A stretch of DNA of 64,000 nucleotides, from the NCBI RefSeq assembly GCF_963921235.1, contig NC_086109.1, forward strand, positions 17,238,001 to 17,302,000. The letters run 5' to 3'. The DNA comes from Mobula hypostoma (lineage: Eukaryota). The position numbers and the translations under genes are program-made. Within the stretch, counting starts at the first letter, position 1. Every line of letters begins with the position of its first letter. Below are positions 12,778 to 24,979 of this stretch, in pieces. The notes under the pieces were generated by a model. The model had not been told where the DNA came from, did not search any database, and saw only the letters and a list, made by a program, of their open reading frames with translations.

Positions 12778-13074
12778 GGGGCAGCACGGTAGCTTAGTGG
12801 CTAACACAGCATTTTTACAGCACAGGCGATCCGGGTTCAATTCCCACCACTGCCTGGAAAGAGCTTGTACATTCTCTCCATGATTGCGTGTGTTTCCTCT
12901 GGGTGCTCCAGTTTCCTCCCACAGTCCAAAAATGTTCTGGTTGGTAGGTTAATTAGTCATTTTAACTTGTCCCATGATTGGACTAAGGTTAAATTAGGGG
13001 TTGCTGGGAGGTGAGCCTCAAAGGGCTGAAAGGGCCTATTCTGCACTGTATCTCGATAAATAAATAAAAAATAA
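12778..13074 (+). mobile_element. tRNA-derived SINE (HE1/V-SINE-like) with CR1-type 3' tail
   Basis: A box-like GGTAGCTTAGTGG, B box GGTTCAATTCC, central TTTCCTCTGGGTGCTCCAGTTTCCTCCCACA domain, tail GGGCTGAAAGGGCCTATTCTGCACTGTAT, then (TAAA)n. Confidence 0.85.
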
Positions 13075-13089
13075 AGTATCTGATCAGTT

Positions 13090-13750
13090 CTCTATTAAAT
13101 GTTACTGTTCATGCCTCTGTCAGTTCCATTGGCAGCTCATTCCAGAAACCAACTACTGACACAAAAAGTTTACCCTTCATACTCCCTTTTAAACCTCTCC
13201 CTTCCACCTTTGACCTGTTCCCTTCAGTTCCAGAAGCTTCTTCTTTGGGAGACAGATCCTCTTCATTCAGAATCAAATTTAATATCATCGACATATGTTG
13301 TGAAAATTGACCTTATGCCTTTCTAAATTTTATAAATTTCCATATGGTTGCCTCTATTGCTCCAGGGAAAACAGGCCCGATCTCTAAAATCTCTCACCAT
13401 AACTCTGATCCAGGCAGCATCCTTGTGAGTCATTTCTGCACTATATCCAGCTTAACTAGATATTTCCTATAGTGTGATGATCAAACTGCACTCAGTACTT
13501 CAAGAGCAGTCGATTCAATATTTTGAGCAGCAATAATATGTCCCTGCTCTTTCCTTGGTGGCTTGGCTAATGAAGGCAAGCATTCTAGATATATTCCTCA
13601 GATGTCCAGATGTGCTGTATGTGTAGGATCTATGCTTTGTACCTTGAGGTGTCTTTATTCTGCAGTGCTCTACAGGACCCTGCCGTTTACTGTGTACATT
13701 CTGCACTAGTTATTTTGGACTTCGCACTTGTCGGAGTTAAATTTCGTTAT
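13090..13750 (-). mobile_element. Degraded CR1 3' fragment
   Basis: Minus-strand remnants RMLAFISQ and VVGFWNELP. Confidence 0.55.
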
Positions 13751-14109
13751 CCGTTTTCTTACTCACTTTCTCAGTTTCTCTATCTTGTTGTAACATTTTT
13801 GCAACATCCTCCCCTGTCTGGCAAACTTCATCTTCTTGGTTATTTTGCTGGAGTCTGATTGTGTTTCTGAATCTGCAGTTTGAGATGAAATATGTTGGAT
13901 GGAATGCTGACGTGAGGGAATTGCATTTATGGATGAGAATGTTCCTTCAAGAACTGGAGGAAGGATGGAAGAATGACTTTAAGATCATGAAAAAAGATGC
14001 AAAGTAGTTTTGTCAAATGTCTGAAATAATATCCTTCACTGTTATAATCCATCATGTTCCAGTTTTTTTCTGGGCACATCGATTTATCTATAGTTATAAG
14101 CCATAGACT

Positions 14110-14540
14110 ACTAAGTTGGAGTACTGTATACAGTTCTGGCCATCCCATTACAGGAAGAGTGGAAAAGGATGCAGAGAGGAACCAAGATGCTGCCTGAATT
14201 AGAGGACATGAGCTCTATGAAGAGGTTGGACAAACTTGTGTTCTCTGGAGATTCAGTGGCTGAAGAGAGATTTAACAGAGGCTTAAAATTATTACAGGCA
14301 TAGATAAGGCAGAACGTCAGAACCATTCTTCCATGTTAGAAATGTCAAATACTAGGGGCCATGCATTTTGGGTAAGTGGGGGGAGGAGGGGTGGGTGGGG
14401 AATTAAAAGAGATGTGTGGGGCAATTTTTTTTCACACAGCGGTAGGTTCCTGGAATGATCTACCAGGGGTACTGGTGAGAGCAGGTACAACAGTGTATAA
14501 GAGTCTTTTAGATAGACATACACATATGTAATGGATTGGG
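14110..14540 (+). mobile_element. Degraded CR1 3' fragment
   Basis: ttggagtactgtatacagttctgg (LEYCIQFW) ... aagatgctgcctgaattagaggacatgagctctatgaagaggttgg. Confidence 0.65.
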
Positions 14541-14543
14541 GGG

Positions 14544-17500
14544 ATAGACCATAAGACAAAGGAGTAGAAGTCGGCCATTTGGCCCATCGAGTCTGCTCTG
14601 CCATTTTATCATGAGCTGATCCATTCTCCCATTTAGTGCCACTCCCCCGCCTTCTCACCATAACCTTTGATGCCCTGGCTACTCAGATACCTATCAATCT
14701 CTGCCTTAAGCACACCCAATGACTTGGCCTCCACTGCTGCCCGTGGCAACAAATTCCATAGATTCACCACCCTCTGTCTAAAAAAATTTCTTCACATTTC
14801 TGTTCTGAATGGGCGCCCTTCAATCCTTAAGTCATGCCCTTTCATACTAGACTCCCCCATCATGGGAAACAACTTTGCCACATCCACTCTGTCCATGCCT
14901 TTCAACATTTGAAATGTTTCTATGAGGTCTCCCCTCATTCTTCTAAACTCCAAGGAATACAGTCCAAGAGTGGACAAACGTTCCTCATATGTTAACCCTC
15001 TCATTCCTGGAATCATTCTAGTGAATCTCTTCTGTACCGTCTCCAACGTCAGCACATCCTTTCTTAAATAAGGAGACCAAAACTGCCCACAGTACTCCAA
15101 GTGAGGTCTCACCAGCGCCTTATAGAGCCTCAACATCACATCCCTGGTCCTATACTCTATTCCTCTAGAAATGAATGCCAACATTGCATTCGCCTTCTTC
15201 ACCACCGACTCAACCTGGAGGTTAACCTTAAGGGTATCCTGTACGAGGACTTCCAAGTCCCGTTGCATCTTAGAACTTTGAATTCTCTCCCCATTTAAAT
15301 AATAGTCTGCCCATTTATTTCTTCTGCCAAAGTGCATAACCATACACTTCCAACTTTGTATTTCATTTGCCACTTCTTTGCCCATTCTTCCAATCTATCC
15401 AAGTCTCTCTGCAGACTCTCCGTTTCCTCAGCACTACCGGCCTTTCCACCTATCTTCGTATCGTCAGCAAACTTAGCCACAAAGCCCTCTATTCCATAAT
15501 CCAAATCGTTGATGTACAATGTAAAAAGAAGCGGCCCCAACATGGACCCCTGTGGACCACCACTGGTAACGGGCAGCCAACTAGAATAGGATCCCTTTAA
15601 TCCCACTCTCTGTTTCTTGCCAATCAGCCAACGCTCTATCCACGTATGTAACTTTCCTGTAATTCCATGGGCTCTTATCTTGTTAAGTAGCCTCATGTGC
15701 GGCACCTTGTCAAAGGCCTTCTGAAAATCCAAATATACAACATCCACTGCATCTCCCTTGTCTAGCCTACTTGTTATTTCCTCAAAAAATTATAATGGGT
15801 TTGTCAGGCAGGATTTTCCTTTAAGGAATCCATGCTGAGTTCTGCCTATCTTGTCATATGCCTCCAGGTATTCTGTAACCTCATCCTTGACAATCGATTC
15901 CAACAACTTCCCAACCACCAATGTCAAGCTAACAGGTCTATAATTTCCTTTTTGCTTCTTTGCCCCCTTCTTAAATAGTGGAGTGACATTTGCAATCTTC
16001 CACTCCTCCGGAACCATGCCAGAATCTATCAACTTTTGAAAGATCATCGCTAATGCCTCTGCAATCTCCACAGCTACTTCCTTCAGAGCACGAGGGCGCA
16101 TTCCATCTGGTCCGGGAGATTTATCTATCTTTAGACTATTCAGCTTCCTGAGTACTTTCTCTGTCGTAATTGTGACTGCGCACACTTCTCTCCTCTGCCA
16201 CCCTTGAGTGTTCTGTATACTGCTGATGTCTTCCTCAGTGAAGACTGATGCAAAATACTCATTCAGTTCCTCCGCCATCTCCTTATCTCCCATTACATTT
16301 TCTCCAGCATCATTTTCTATCGGTCCTATTTCTACTCTCACCTGTCTTTTACTCTTTATATCCTTGAAAAAGCTTTTAGTATCCTCTTTGATATTATTTG
16401 CTAGCTTCCTTTCATAGTTAATCTTTTCCCTCTTAATGACCTACTTAGTTTACTTTTGTAAGCTTTTAAAAGCTTCCCAATCCTCTGTCTTCCCACTAAT
16501 TTTTGCTTCCTTGTATGCTTTTGCTTTAACTTTGGCTTTGACTTTTTTTGTCAGCCATGGTTGCATCCTTTTTCCATTCGAAAATTTCTTCTGTTCTGGA
16601 ATATACCTGTCTTGCACCTTCCTCACTTCTCGCATAAACTCCAGCCACTTCTGCCGTCCTTCCCGCCAGTGTCCCTTTCCAGTCAACTTTGGCCAGCTGC
16701 TCTCTCATGCCACTAAAATTTCCTTCACTCCACTGAAATGCCAACACATCAGATTTCGGGGGCTTCTCTTTTTCAAGTTTCACAGTCATGTTATGATCAC
16801 TGCCTCCTAAGGGTTCCTTCACCTCAATCTCTCTAATTACCTCCGTTTCATTACACAATACCCAATCCAGTAGAGCCGATTCCTTAGTGGGCTCAACAAC
16901 AAGCTGTTCTAAAAAGGCATCTCGCAGACGTTCTACAAATTCTCTCTCTTGAGATCCAGTGCTTTATTCAACTTTCATCTAAATGGTTTCCTTTATATTT
17001 AACTTTGATTGGTCGTATTAATGCAGTTAAGATGTTCTTTTTGCCAAAATTTTTGTATATATTTCAGGCATTACCAATCTTTGTTCCAAAATCTTTTTTT
17101 GACAAAGTTGACTCTAAAATTTCTTCATTTATTTGGCAGAATAAAAACCCAAGACTGGGTAAAATACATTTACAGAAAGCTAAGAGAGATGGAGGCTTAG
17201 CATTACCTAACTTTAGATTTTATTATTGGGCAATTAATATTCGACATATGAAATTCTGGTTACTTGACCAGGATATACTATCCATTCGTAAATGGGTAGC
17301 ATTGGAATTACAATCTGTTCAGGGTTTTACACTTGGCTCTATTTTAGGTTCCTCTCTTCCTTTTGATTTGAAACGCCTTAAACAGGTGTCTAACCCGATA
17401 GTTAAATATACCTTACGTATTTGGTTTCAATTCAGAAAATTTTTTGATCTTAATCAATTTGGGTTAGCGATTCCTATTTTAGGTAACATATTTTTTCCTC

Positions 17501-18843
17501 CCTCTTTTACGGATCGTGCTTTTCAAATTTGGAAGACTAAGGGTATTTCACGGTTTTTGGATTTATTTTTAGATGGTTCCCTTATGTCTTTTGAACAATT
17601 ATCTAATAAATATAACTTATCAAGAATACATTTTTTTAGATATCTACAAGTTAGAAATTTCCTAAGTACTATACTTTCTTCCTTTCCAATGCTTCCTCCT
17701 ACATACATTTTAGATACTATAATTAACCTTAATCCATGTCAGAAAGGTGCATCGGCTATGATTTATAATATTATTATGAAACTTAGGAAAGCTCCATTTG
17801 ATAAGATTAGGGTAGATTGGGAACAGGAATTGGGGTTTACCATTTCCGTGGATGACTGGGGGCAGATTTTACAATTAGTCAATACTTCCTCTATCTGTGC
17901 TAAACATTCCCTAATTCAATTTAAAGTTGTTCATAGAGCACATATGTCCAAAGATAAGTTAGCGCGCTTTTATTCTCATATTAATCCTTTTTGTGATAGA
18001 TGTCCGGGGCAGATAGCCTCTTTAACTCATATGTTTTGGTCTTGCCCTACTTTGGAAACTTTTTGGAGAGACATTTTTAATATTATCTCCAAGGTATTGA
18101 ATATAGATATCTCTCCTCACCCTATTACTGCTATCTTTGGACTACCTAAAATTTCCAGTAATCTTTCCCCTTCAGCCCGTAGAATGATTGCATTTCTTAC
18201 CTTAATAGCGAAAAGATGTATCTTACAACATTGGAAAGAGCTTAATGCTCCAACTACCTTTTTTTGGTTTTCTCAGACGATATTATGCTTGAATTTGGAG
18301 AAAATTAGAAGCAATCTTTATGACTCCTCATTTAAATTTGAACAGACTTGGAGATCTTTTATTCAATATTTTTATTTAATGTAATATATACCCTTCTTGT
18401 TTTTTTTACTGTTTTTAATGGAGGTCGGGATTGAGGACGTGATTTTAAGTTTAACTCTGTTTGGTTTCAAGTTAGCCCATTGCTTTGCTTTGCTTTTAGT
18501 TAGTTGCACGGTGGGTTTTTTTTGGGGGGGGGTTTCTTTTTCTCTATTGATATATATATATATATATATATATAAAAATTAGTATACTATTATGTTACCT
18601 TGGTATGTTATGTTTAAATTACATTGGTAGTATTTTTTTTGTATTAATATCTTCTGTAATTTTATTATATTCTAACAGTGTATTAGTGTCTATATGGCTT
18701 ACCTTTTTGTATACTTATTCAATAAAAAGATTTAAAAAGAAAGAAAGAGATCCAGTGCCGACCTGATTTTCCCAATCCACTCACATGTTAGAATCCCCCA
18801 CAATTATCATAACACTGCCCTTCTGACAAGCCTTTTCTATTCG
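14544..18843 (-). mobile_element. CR1 LINE, 5'-truncated (end of APE domain, RT, 3'UTR), frameshifted and interrupted by an L1
   Basis: Consecutive ORFs 16526-16858 (EPLGGSDHN), 15790-16341 (KSPGPDG, NYRPVSLT), 15295-15747 (DFQKAFDKV, PQGSMLGP, FADDTK) and 14792-15385 (HLEYC). The APE segment continues at 18759-18843 beyond the L1. Confidence 0.93.
16963..18746 (+). mobile_element. 5'-truncated L1-clade LINE (ORF2 C-terminal part with CCHC zinc knuckle)
   Basis: Stop-free frame 16963-18384 (GRINAVKM..LPKFLY, DGGLALPNF, CDRC...SLTHMFWSC). AATAAA at 18721, A/AAAG tail, and a 12-bp TSD GAGATCCAGTGC at 16951-16962 and 18747-18758. Confidence 0.92.
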
Positions 18844-19649
18844 GCATATGGATATGGGGCATGTACAGACAGAAATAACTGAGTTAAAGACACCAAAAGC
18901 CAAGCCCCTGTTACTGTACCGCACTCTTCTGTTCTACATTCACAATCTGAATAAAACTCAGGTTATCTTTGATGCTGTGAATCGTGCAACTTCATTTATA
19001 TATGAATAAAATAACTGGGAGCACAATCAATAACAAAAATCATCATGTTACAGGTTAATGGTAAAAGTTGAAATGTCCCTTTTGAACAAAATATAATGTC
19101 TAAAAAGGATAAAATTTTACAGCTTTTTGTAATGCCTTTCCATGTGTGCGTAAAAGACGTTCCTGAATGTTATTTCCTGTGTCCCTCCTCCCGTTAAATT
19201 CTTGGTTTACAGCTTCTTCCAGGATGCAATTTGCATGTGTTATTGTATACACTGAATTACAGTTTAATTCATCTCCTTTCTATTTTAAATTGCCTTGACT
19301 TGCTTTCTATGTGACATCTGATGTAAAAAAAATCGTGTTTGAGGTGGTCATTGCCTGGCACTTCATTCTAGCTGCTTATCATTACACATCTAAAGTTGTC
19401 TATGTTTAGCCTCATGTATGCAAAAGTGGAATTGTTCAAGTTGTGAAGTGATAATAAGGAAACTACCAAAGGATATAGATATGTTATCAAAGATAAGCAG
19501 GGAAACAGACACAGCCGAGGGCGAAGAGCACAGGACAGACAGACGGAAATACCATTGGAGAGCAGAGTAGAACTTCTGGTTAGACATTCTTGCAAGAGAA
19601 GTGGACATGAATTCAACAAGTAGCTGAAAATGAAATAAAAGTGCAGCTG

Positions 19650-19850
19650 CCAAAAATCTGAAATAAACAGAAAAGATTACAAATACTCAGCTGGTCAGGC
19701 TACATCCGTGGGAACAGAAACAGAGCTAAAGTTTCAGGTCTAAGACCTTTCATCAGATGACAAGCTCTTTTTCTCTTTCTCTCTCATGCAGCCTGACCTG
19801 TTGAATAATACCAGCGTCTGCTGTTTCTATTTCTTATTTCCAATATCTTC
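19650..19850. mobile_element. Penelope pseudo-LTR-derived fold-back remnant
   Basis: Arms aatactcagctggtcaggctacat and atgcagcctgacctgttgaataat. Minus strand retains CTGATGA-A-AGGTC-TTA-GACCT-GAAAC. Confidence 0.6.
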
Positions 19851-20127
19851 AGTTCTTTTGATATGACTAGATTAATGGATCAGCAAAGATCTAACAAGTG
19901 GAGTATAATTTGAGAATACTCTTTTATTGGCATGAAAAACAAAGGAAGCATATTTAAGTGGTGAATCTAAATTGTAGAGAGTTTCAAAATAATTATTTGT
20001 GGAAGGCTTGTATGCCGAAGCAGCAGGGAGGCTAAGCCAGAGAATAGAGGGGTAAAAGGAGATTAGGTTGAAATATATAGAATCCCTTGGGGTCTTGATA
20101 TATTGGATTTGGAAAGGTTATTTACAC

Positions 20128-20993
20128 CAGCGCTTCCCATCCACCAGGCTGCGGACCGGTACTGGGCCTCAAAGCATGTGCTACCAGGCCGCGAGGAAAC
20201 GATATGAGTCCACTGCACCTTTCCTCATTCCCTGTCACGCACTGTTGAACTTGAACATAGGGTTGCCAACTGTCCCGTATTTGCCGGGACATCCCGTATA
20301 CTGGACTAAATTGGTTTGTCCCCTACGGGACTGCCCTTGTCCCGTATTTCCCCCGCTAAGGTAGAGCGTTCCTATGAAACCGTTCGTGCTGAAACGGCGT
20401 AAAGCAAAGAAGCAATTACCATTAATTTACATTGGAAAATTTTTTGAGCATTCCCAGACCCAAAAAATAACCTACCAAATAACACATAAAACCTAAAATA
20501 ACACCAACATATAGTAAAAGCAGGAATGATATGATAAATACACAGCCTATATAAAGTAGAAATAATGTTAGTACAGTGTAGTCAGGAAGATTAAGCCAAA
20601 ACCGATTTGTGGGGGGAAAGATTGGCACATACGCGCATGCGCACACAGGTGCCCGTGCAAGGCTTCATGGTCATGGTAGTCTTTCTCGGGGTAAACACAA
20701 GTGTCCCATCAACACACACCAAAAAGGCTGGTGAATGCAGCAGGTCAGGGGGTTTTTATAGGAAGAGGTACAGTCGACGTTTCGGACCAGGACCCTTCAT
20801 CAGGATTTGACTGCTACCATTGTCCCTTATTTGGGAGTGAGAAAGTTGGCAACCCAAACTGTGAAAGACATGTTGAGGTGAGGTTAACCTTACTTGAACA
20901 CTGCCCCCTCCCCCCACCCCCCAGTCGGCTGGTCTGCAAGAATATTGTCAATATTAAACGGATCCGCAGTGCAAAAAAGGTTGGGGACCCCTG
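20128..20993. mobile_element. hAT (Charlie-like) non-autonomous element with nested TAGGGTTGCCAAC element and Penelope fragment
   Basis: Ends CAGCGCTTCCCA ... GGTTGGGGACCCCTG with perfect 8-bp TSD ATTTACAC (20120-20127, 20994-21001). Inner TIRs TAGGGTTGCCAAC (20258) and GTTGGCAACCC (ending ~20855). Penelope pseudo-LTR piece at ~20711-20805. Confidence 0.85.
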
Positions 20994-22539
20994 ATTTACA
21001 CCAAATCTAGAACTAAGGTATACTGTTTAAAAATGGATACTTTGTTATTTATAACAATGAGATACAATTTTGTTTCTTTCAGAGGGTCTTAAGTCTTTGA
21101 AAATTTTTGAACAAGCAATTGACAGCAGTGTCTGAATATTTTTAAGGCAGAAGTTTATAGATAAGGGTGCAAAATGGATTGTGATGTTTTTGGAGTTTCC
21201 TGTTTTTTGTACAGTTGAACTGTTCACCAACATCAATGCCTGGGTGTGGTAGGATGACAGAGGGTTAATTTAATGTGTTGATTTTGAAGTTGTTTGGCTT
21301 TGTTTGTCTTCTGTTTTTGCTGTTTAGTGTGTATACAGTCTTATGAAGACTGTCTTGGGTATGTGAAAAAACTGAAATTTGGCCGTGTTCCCAAAGTTAT
21401 TGCAGAAAACCAATCAGATGCTCAAAGTTCATTTTGATACATGTTGATCAAGGTAATTTGTAAGTTCTCCACTTAACATCTTTGTTGGTGAAAACAATCT
21501 TATTGACAGGTGAGTGGGAATATTGAGTATATGCAGAGATGAACCACCGTAACAATGATTGATCACCATAGATATCATTCGGTCTGTTGCAAGAATACAG
21601 TTATCGATCATTCTATCAGTTGTGGCATAACTGATGGACATTTGCTTTCTGTAACAGGTTATTTGGTTTACATTTGAAATGCAGGATGTAATATTGCTTC
21701 AGGAATGTATATCAGTTGTCTATTCATCATTGGAATCTTGGCATCTTTGCTGTCTAAGTTGATATGCAAGCCAGGGCAGTATGATATGGAGAGCAAACTG
21801 TTGCCTATGCAGCAGGGTCCCCCTTTCCATGCAGCTGATGAATCCAAAGGAACGGTATGGTTTGTCCTCCGAACTGAATGAGGTGGTCACCGAATCTGTG
21901 TTTGGCTTCTCCATTGGGGAGGAATCTATGTTGTGAGTACCAGTACATTAGATAGGTGGAAGAACAGGTTCAGCATATCCATCCCTTAACTTCTCTGCTA
22001 TTCAAAACTAACTTATTAGCTCTCTTTCCAAGTTCTGACAAAGAATTGATGACCTGAAGTATTAACTCTTTTGTCTTTCCATGGATGCTGCCAGATCTTC
22101 TTGTGTCTCCAGCACTTTCTGATTTTATTTCAGATTCTCAGCTTCTGCATTTTGTGTAATTTTCATAGATCGATATGTTTGAGTTAGTTAATCTTTCACT
22201 TGTTCTCATTCAACCTTCCCTGGCAGCAATTTCCAGGTTTGGCTAGTTACTATGTAACTATGCCACTCCTGGTTAGCACTGAATTTTCCCATCCAGAGAT
22301 TTTTTTCAGACCCCTTTCTTATCAAAGTCTTATTCTGTATGGAATGGAGCTGACACAAATGTGCGATGAAAAGTATTCAACTTGTCCTGAGGTCCTGTGG
22401 TAATGTGAGTCCTGAATTAATGTGGACTGCATCTCCGCGGGTTCCTGGCTATAACACCTCTAGGCATCGTGGGCATTCATCATTTCAGTCTTCATCCCGC
22501 TGATGGATATGCTAATGTCTAGAGATGGAAATACAACTG

Positions 22540-23215
22540 TAGCAAAAAATAGATTGCAAGAACAGCTCAGTGATTCAAGCAGTATTTGTCAAGGTGAAGG
22601 GATGGCTGATGTTTCAGGTCCAGACCCTATATTAGGACTGAGAATGAGATGGAAATAGTATTTAAGGAACTGAGGGAGATGGTTGTGGCAGGTGCTGGCA
22701 GGTGATAGGAAGAGCCATGTGAGAAGGAGTTGATAGTTACTGTTGATGGAACCATGGGAAAAACAATGGAATTTGAAACAAGCTGGGAGACGGCAAAGAC
22801 AGCTGGGATGGTGGAATCTGCTAAGTAAGGAAGGTAATATGTGGATCCTGATGAGGGAGGGATGATGGACAGATGGGATCAGTTGTGGGAAAGGATGGAA
22901 GGCCCAGTGGGTTGAGTGTGTATGTGAAAGACAGATGGAACTAGATGGGTGAGGGAGAAGACACTGGATAGATTAGAATAAAAGAGAAAGGAAAACGGTG
23001 CGCAGATTCAAGATAGCCAATGTGGACAGAACCCATATGCTTGGAAAAGCAGTCTACGCTTGGTCTTTCAGATATAGAGAAGGTCAGATTGAGAGCACTG
23101 AGCTCATTCAGCAAGGTAGGAGAAACTGTTGCATCTCCTACAGTTGCAGGGGACGGGGAGGGATGAGTGAAATGGAAGGGGTTTTGATCGAATTGTTTCA
23201 GTCTGAGTTGAGTCA
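22540..23215 (-). mobile_element. Old degraded Penelope-like fragment (pseudo-LTR plus purine-rich 3' region)
   Basis: Starts with a decayed pseudo-LTR (...gatgtttcaggtccagaccctatattaggactg), followed by a GA-rich tract like 57950-58240. Confidence 0.5.
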
Positions 23216-24002
23216 AATTGATTAATTTCTGGGATGGCACCCTTAACTTAGGGAGGTCCTTGGTGAGGCTGTTACACTAGTCCAACTCACCAGATCATCC
23301 TGTCCCCTGTGATTTACTCTGCCACTTAGTAGCACTGAACTGTGAAGTCAGACAGCCTTGAGGAATTGTGAGGCAATCACGTATTTATACAATTCATGCG
23401 TATTTACATGCACTGTTTATTTCAAATTGTTCAATTAACTAATCATCCTTTAGGAACAGGAGTTCAAATTTCAGATTGTTGGTCTTATTTGAATTTTGCT
23501 CCTAGTGCCTTGATGGTTGATGCTCTGTAATGGTGGTTGATGCTCTGTAATGGAAATAGCAGTACTTGTTCATGCGGACATACTTAAGTGTGGCACATAT
23601 TGTGTGATGCCATTCTGTCAAAGTTTACTGCAGGAACAATGTAGACTGAGTATTGTAGCAATTCAGTAAGCTATCCTTAAAGTAATTGTATATTCTTTCT
23701 TCCTTGAATTATCGAAATTCTACTAAAGCAATTGATAAGCTGGCTTGCAAGCTCTGCAATTACGTCGGCACTGGCTGAAGCATAAATTCATGTGGGAGAA
23801 AGTAGATCTAAGGATGAACTTATTACTACCAAGTTTCAAGTTAAGCCAATTTAGACAGTAAAGAAAATGCTTGCAGGTAGATAGTGTTCCTGTAAAGTGT
23901 TGCTGTGCTCTCTCTTGTTCCAGTAGGTTATTTTAATTGGGTTTCTTCAATTACCACATCAGTTTATTTTAGTTTAGCACAAGCTGAAAATGTGCTACTA
24001 AA

Positions 24003-24172
24003 TCACAAACAAGAGAAAATCTGCAGATGCTGGAAATCCAAGCAATATACACAAAATACTGGAGGAATTCAGAAGGTCAGGCAGCATCAGGTCTTGGCCC
24101 AAAACATCGACTGTTTACTCTTTTCCATAGGTCTGCCTGGCCTGCTGAATTCCTCCAGCATTTTGTGTGTGT
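24003..24172. mobile_element. Penelope pseudo-LTR-derived fold-back element
   Basis: Left arm acacaaaatactggaggaattcagaaggtcaggcag is the near reverse complement of right arm ctgcctggcctgctgaattcctccagcattttgtgt; decayed hammerhead core in between. Confidence 0.75.
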
Positions 24173-24979
24173 TGTGCGACTGAATTTCCAAAATATTTTT
24201 TCTTATTAATTCATTGGTAATATTATTTTATTCTACTTTATGACATAATATTTTAATGGTATTGAAAGGTAGTCTGAAATAACATCTGACTAATCCCTTT
24301 CTGGATTCTCTAATGTTAATTTTTGCAGTTGCTAAGAACAACTGACTGTGGTTCTGACCATCAGTCGTCTATGTATCTTCCAACCCACGGTCTGTCAGTT
24401 TATCATGCCATAAACAATGAATTCAGTTGAATACCTACTTATGCTACAATGCAAGTGGTTAACTGTGGTTTGGGTAGGATGTTTGCTCAACCTCTAATCT
24501 AAATGTATGGTATTCCATGCAATAAGGTACTGGTGAACCACAGCGATGTTCTGTGGGCTACATACAATAATTCTAAATATACCTGTTTTTAATTACTCTC
24601 TGCAATCTATACAGATTTCATGTTCTTCAGAAGTATTCATACTTAACTCAAGCAAGCAGGCACGGCGCCTTTAAGCGGATGAAGTTTCATCGCTGGAAGT
24701 GAGGTGGGGTGGGGGGGGGTGGAACTCCAAGTCAGGTTGAAACACAGAATGAGACCTCCTCTACCCAGCATCTTGTTAGCAAATGTGCAGTCGCTAGAGA
24801 ACAAACTTGAGGACCAGAGGATAGAATTGGAATATTGAAGGGAAATGAGAAATTGTTGTACTCTGTTTTATCGAGACATGGCTTAGATATGGCGATCAGA
24901 CCTGAAGGCTTCTTGTTATAACAGGATGGACTCTCTGTGGTGCTCTGATGTGGCAGCTTTGTCAAATTTATGTTTTGCC

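Noticed and set aside
12778..12850. tRNA gene
   Set aside because: It is a SINE head: no complete cloverleaf, and it continues into SINE body and tail.
19410..19570. Short purine-rich open frame after an AG (MQKWNCSSCEV...)
   Set aside because: About 50 codons ending in a stop, with no recognisable homology or donor site.
23514..23553. 20-bp perfect tandem duplication (similar ones at 37849-37884 and ~45394-45430)
   Set aside because: Two-copy local slippage duplications without spacers; not CRISPR or otherwise informative.
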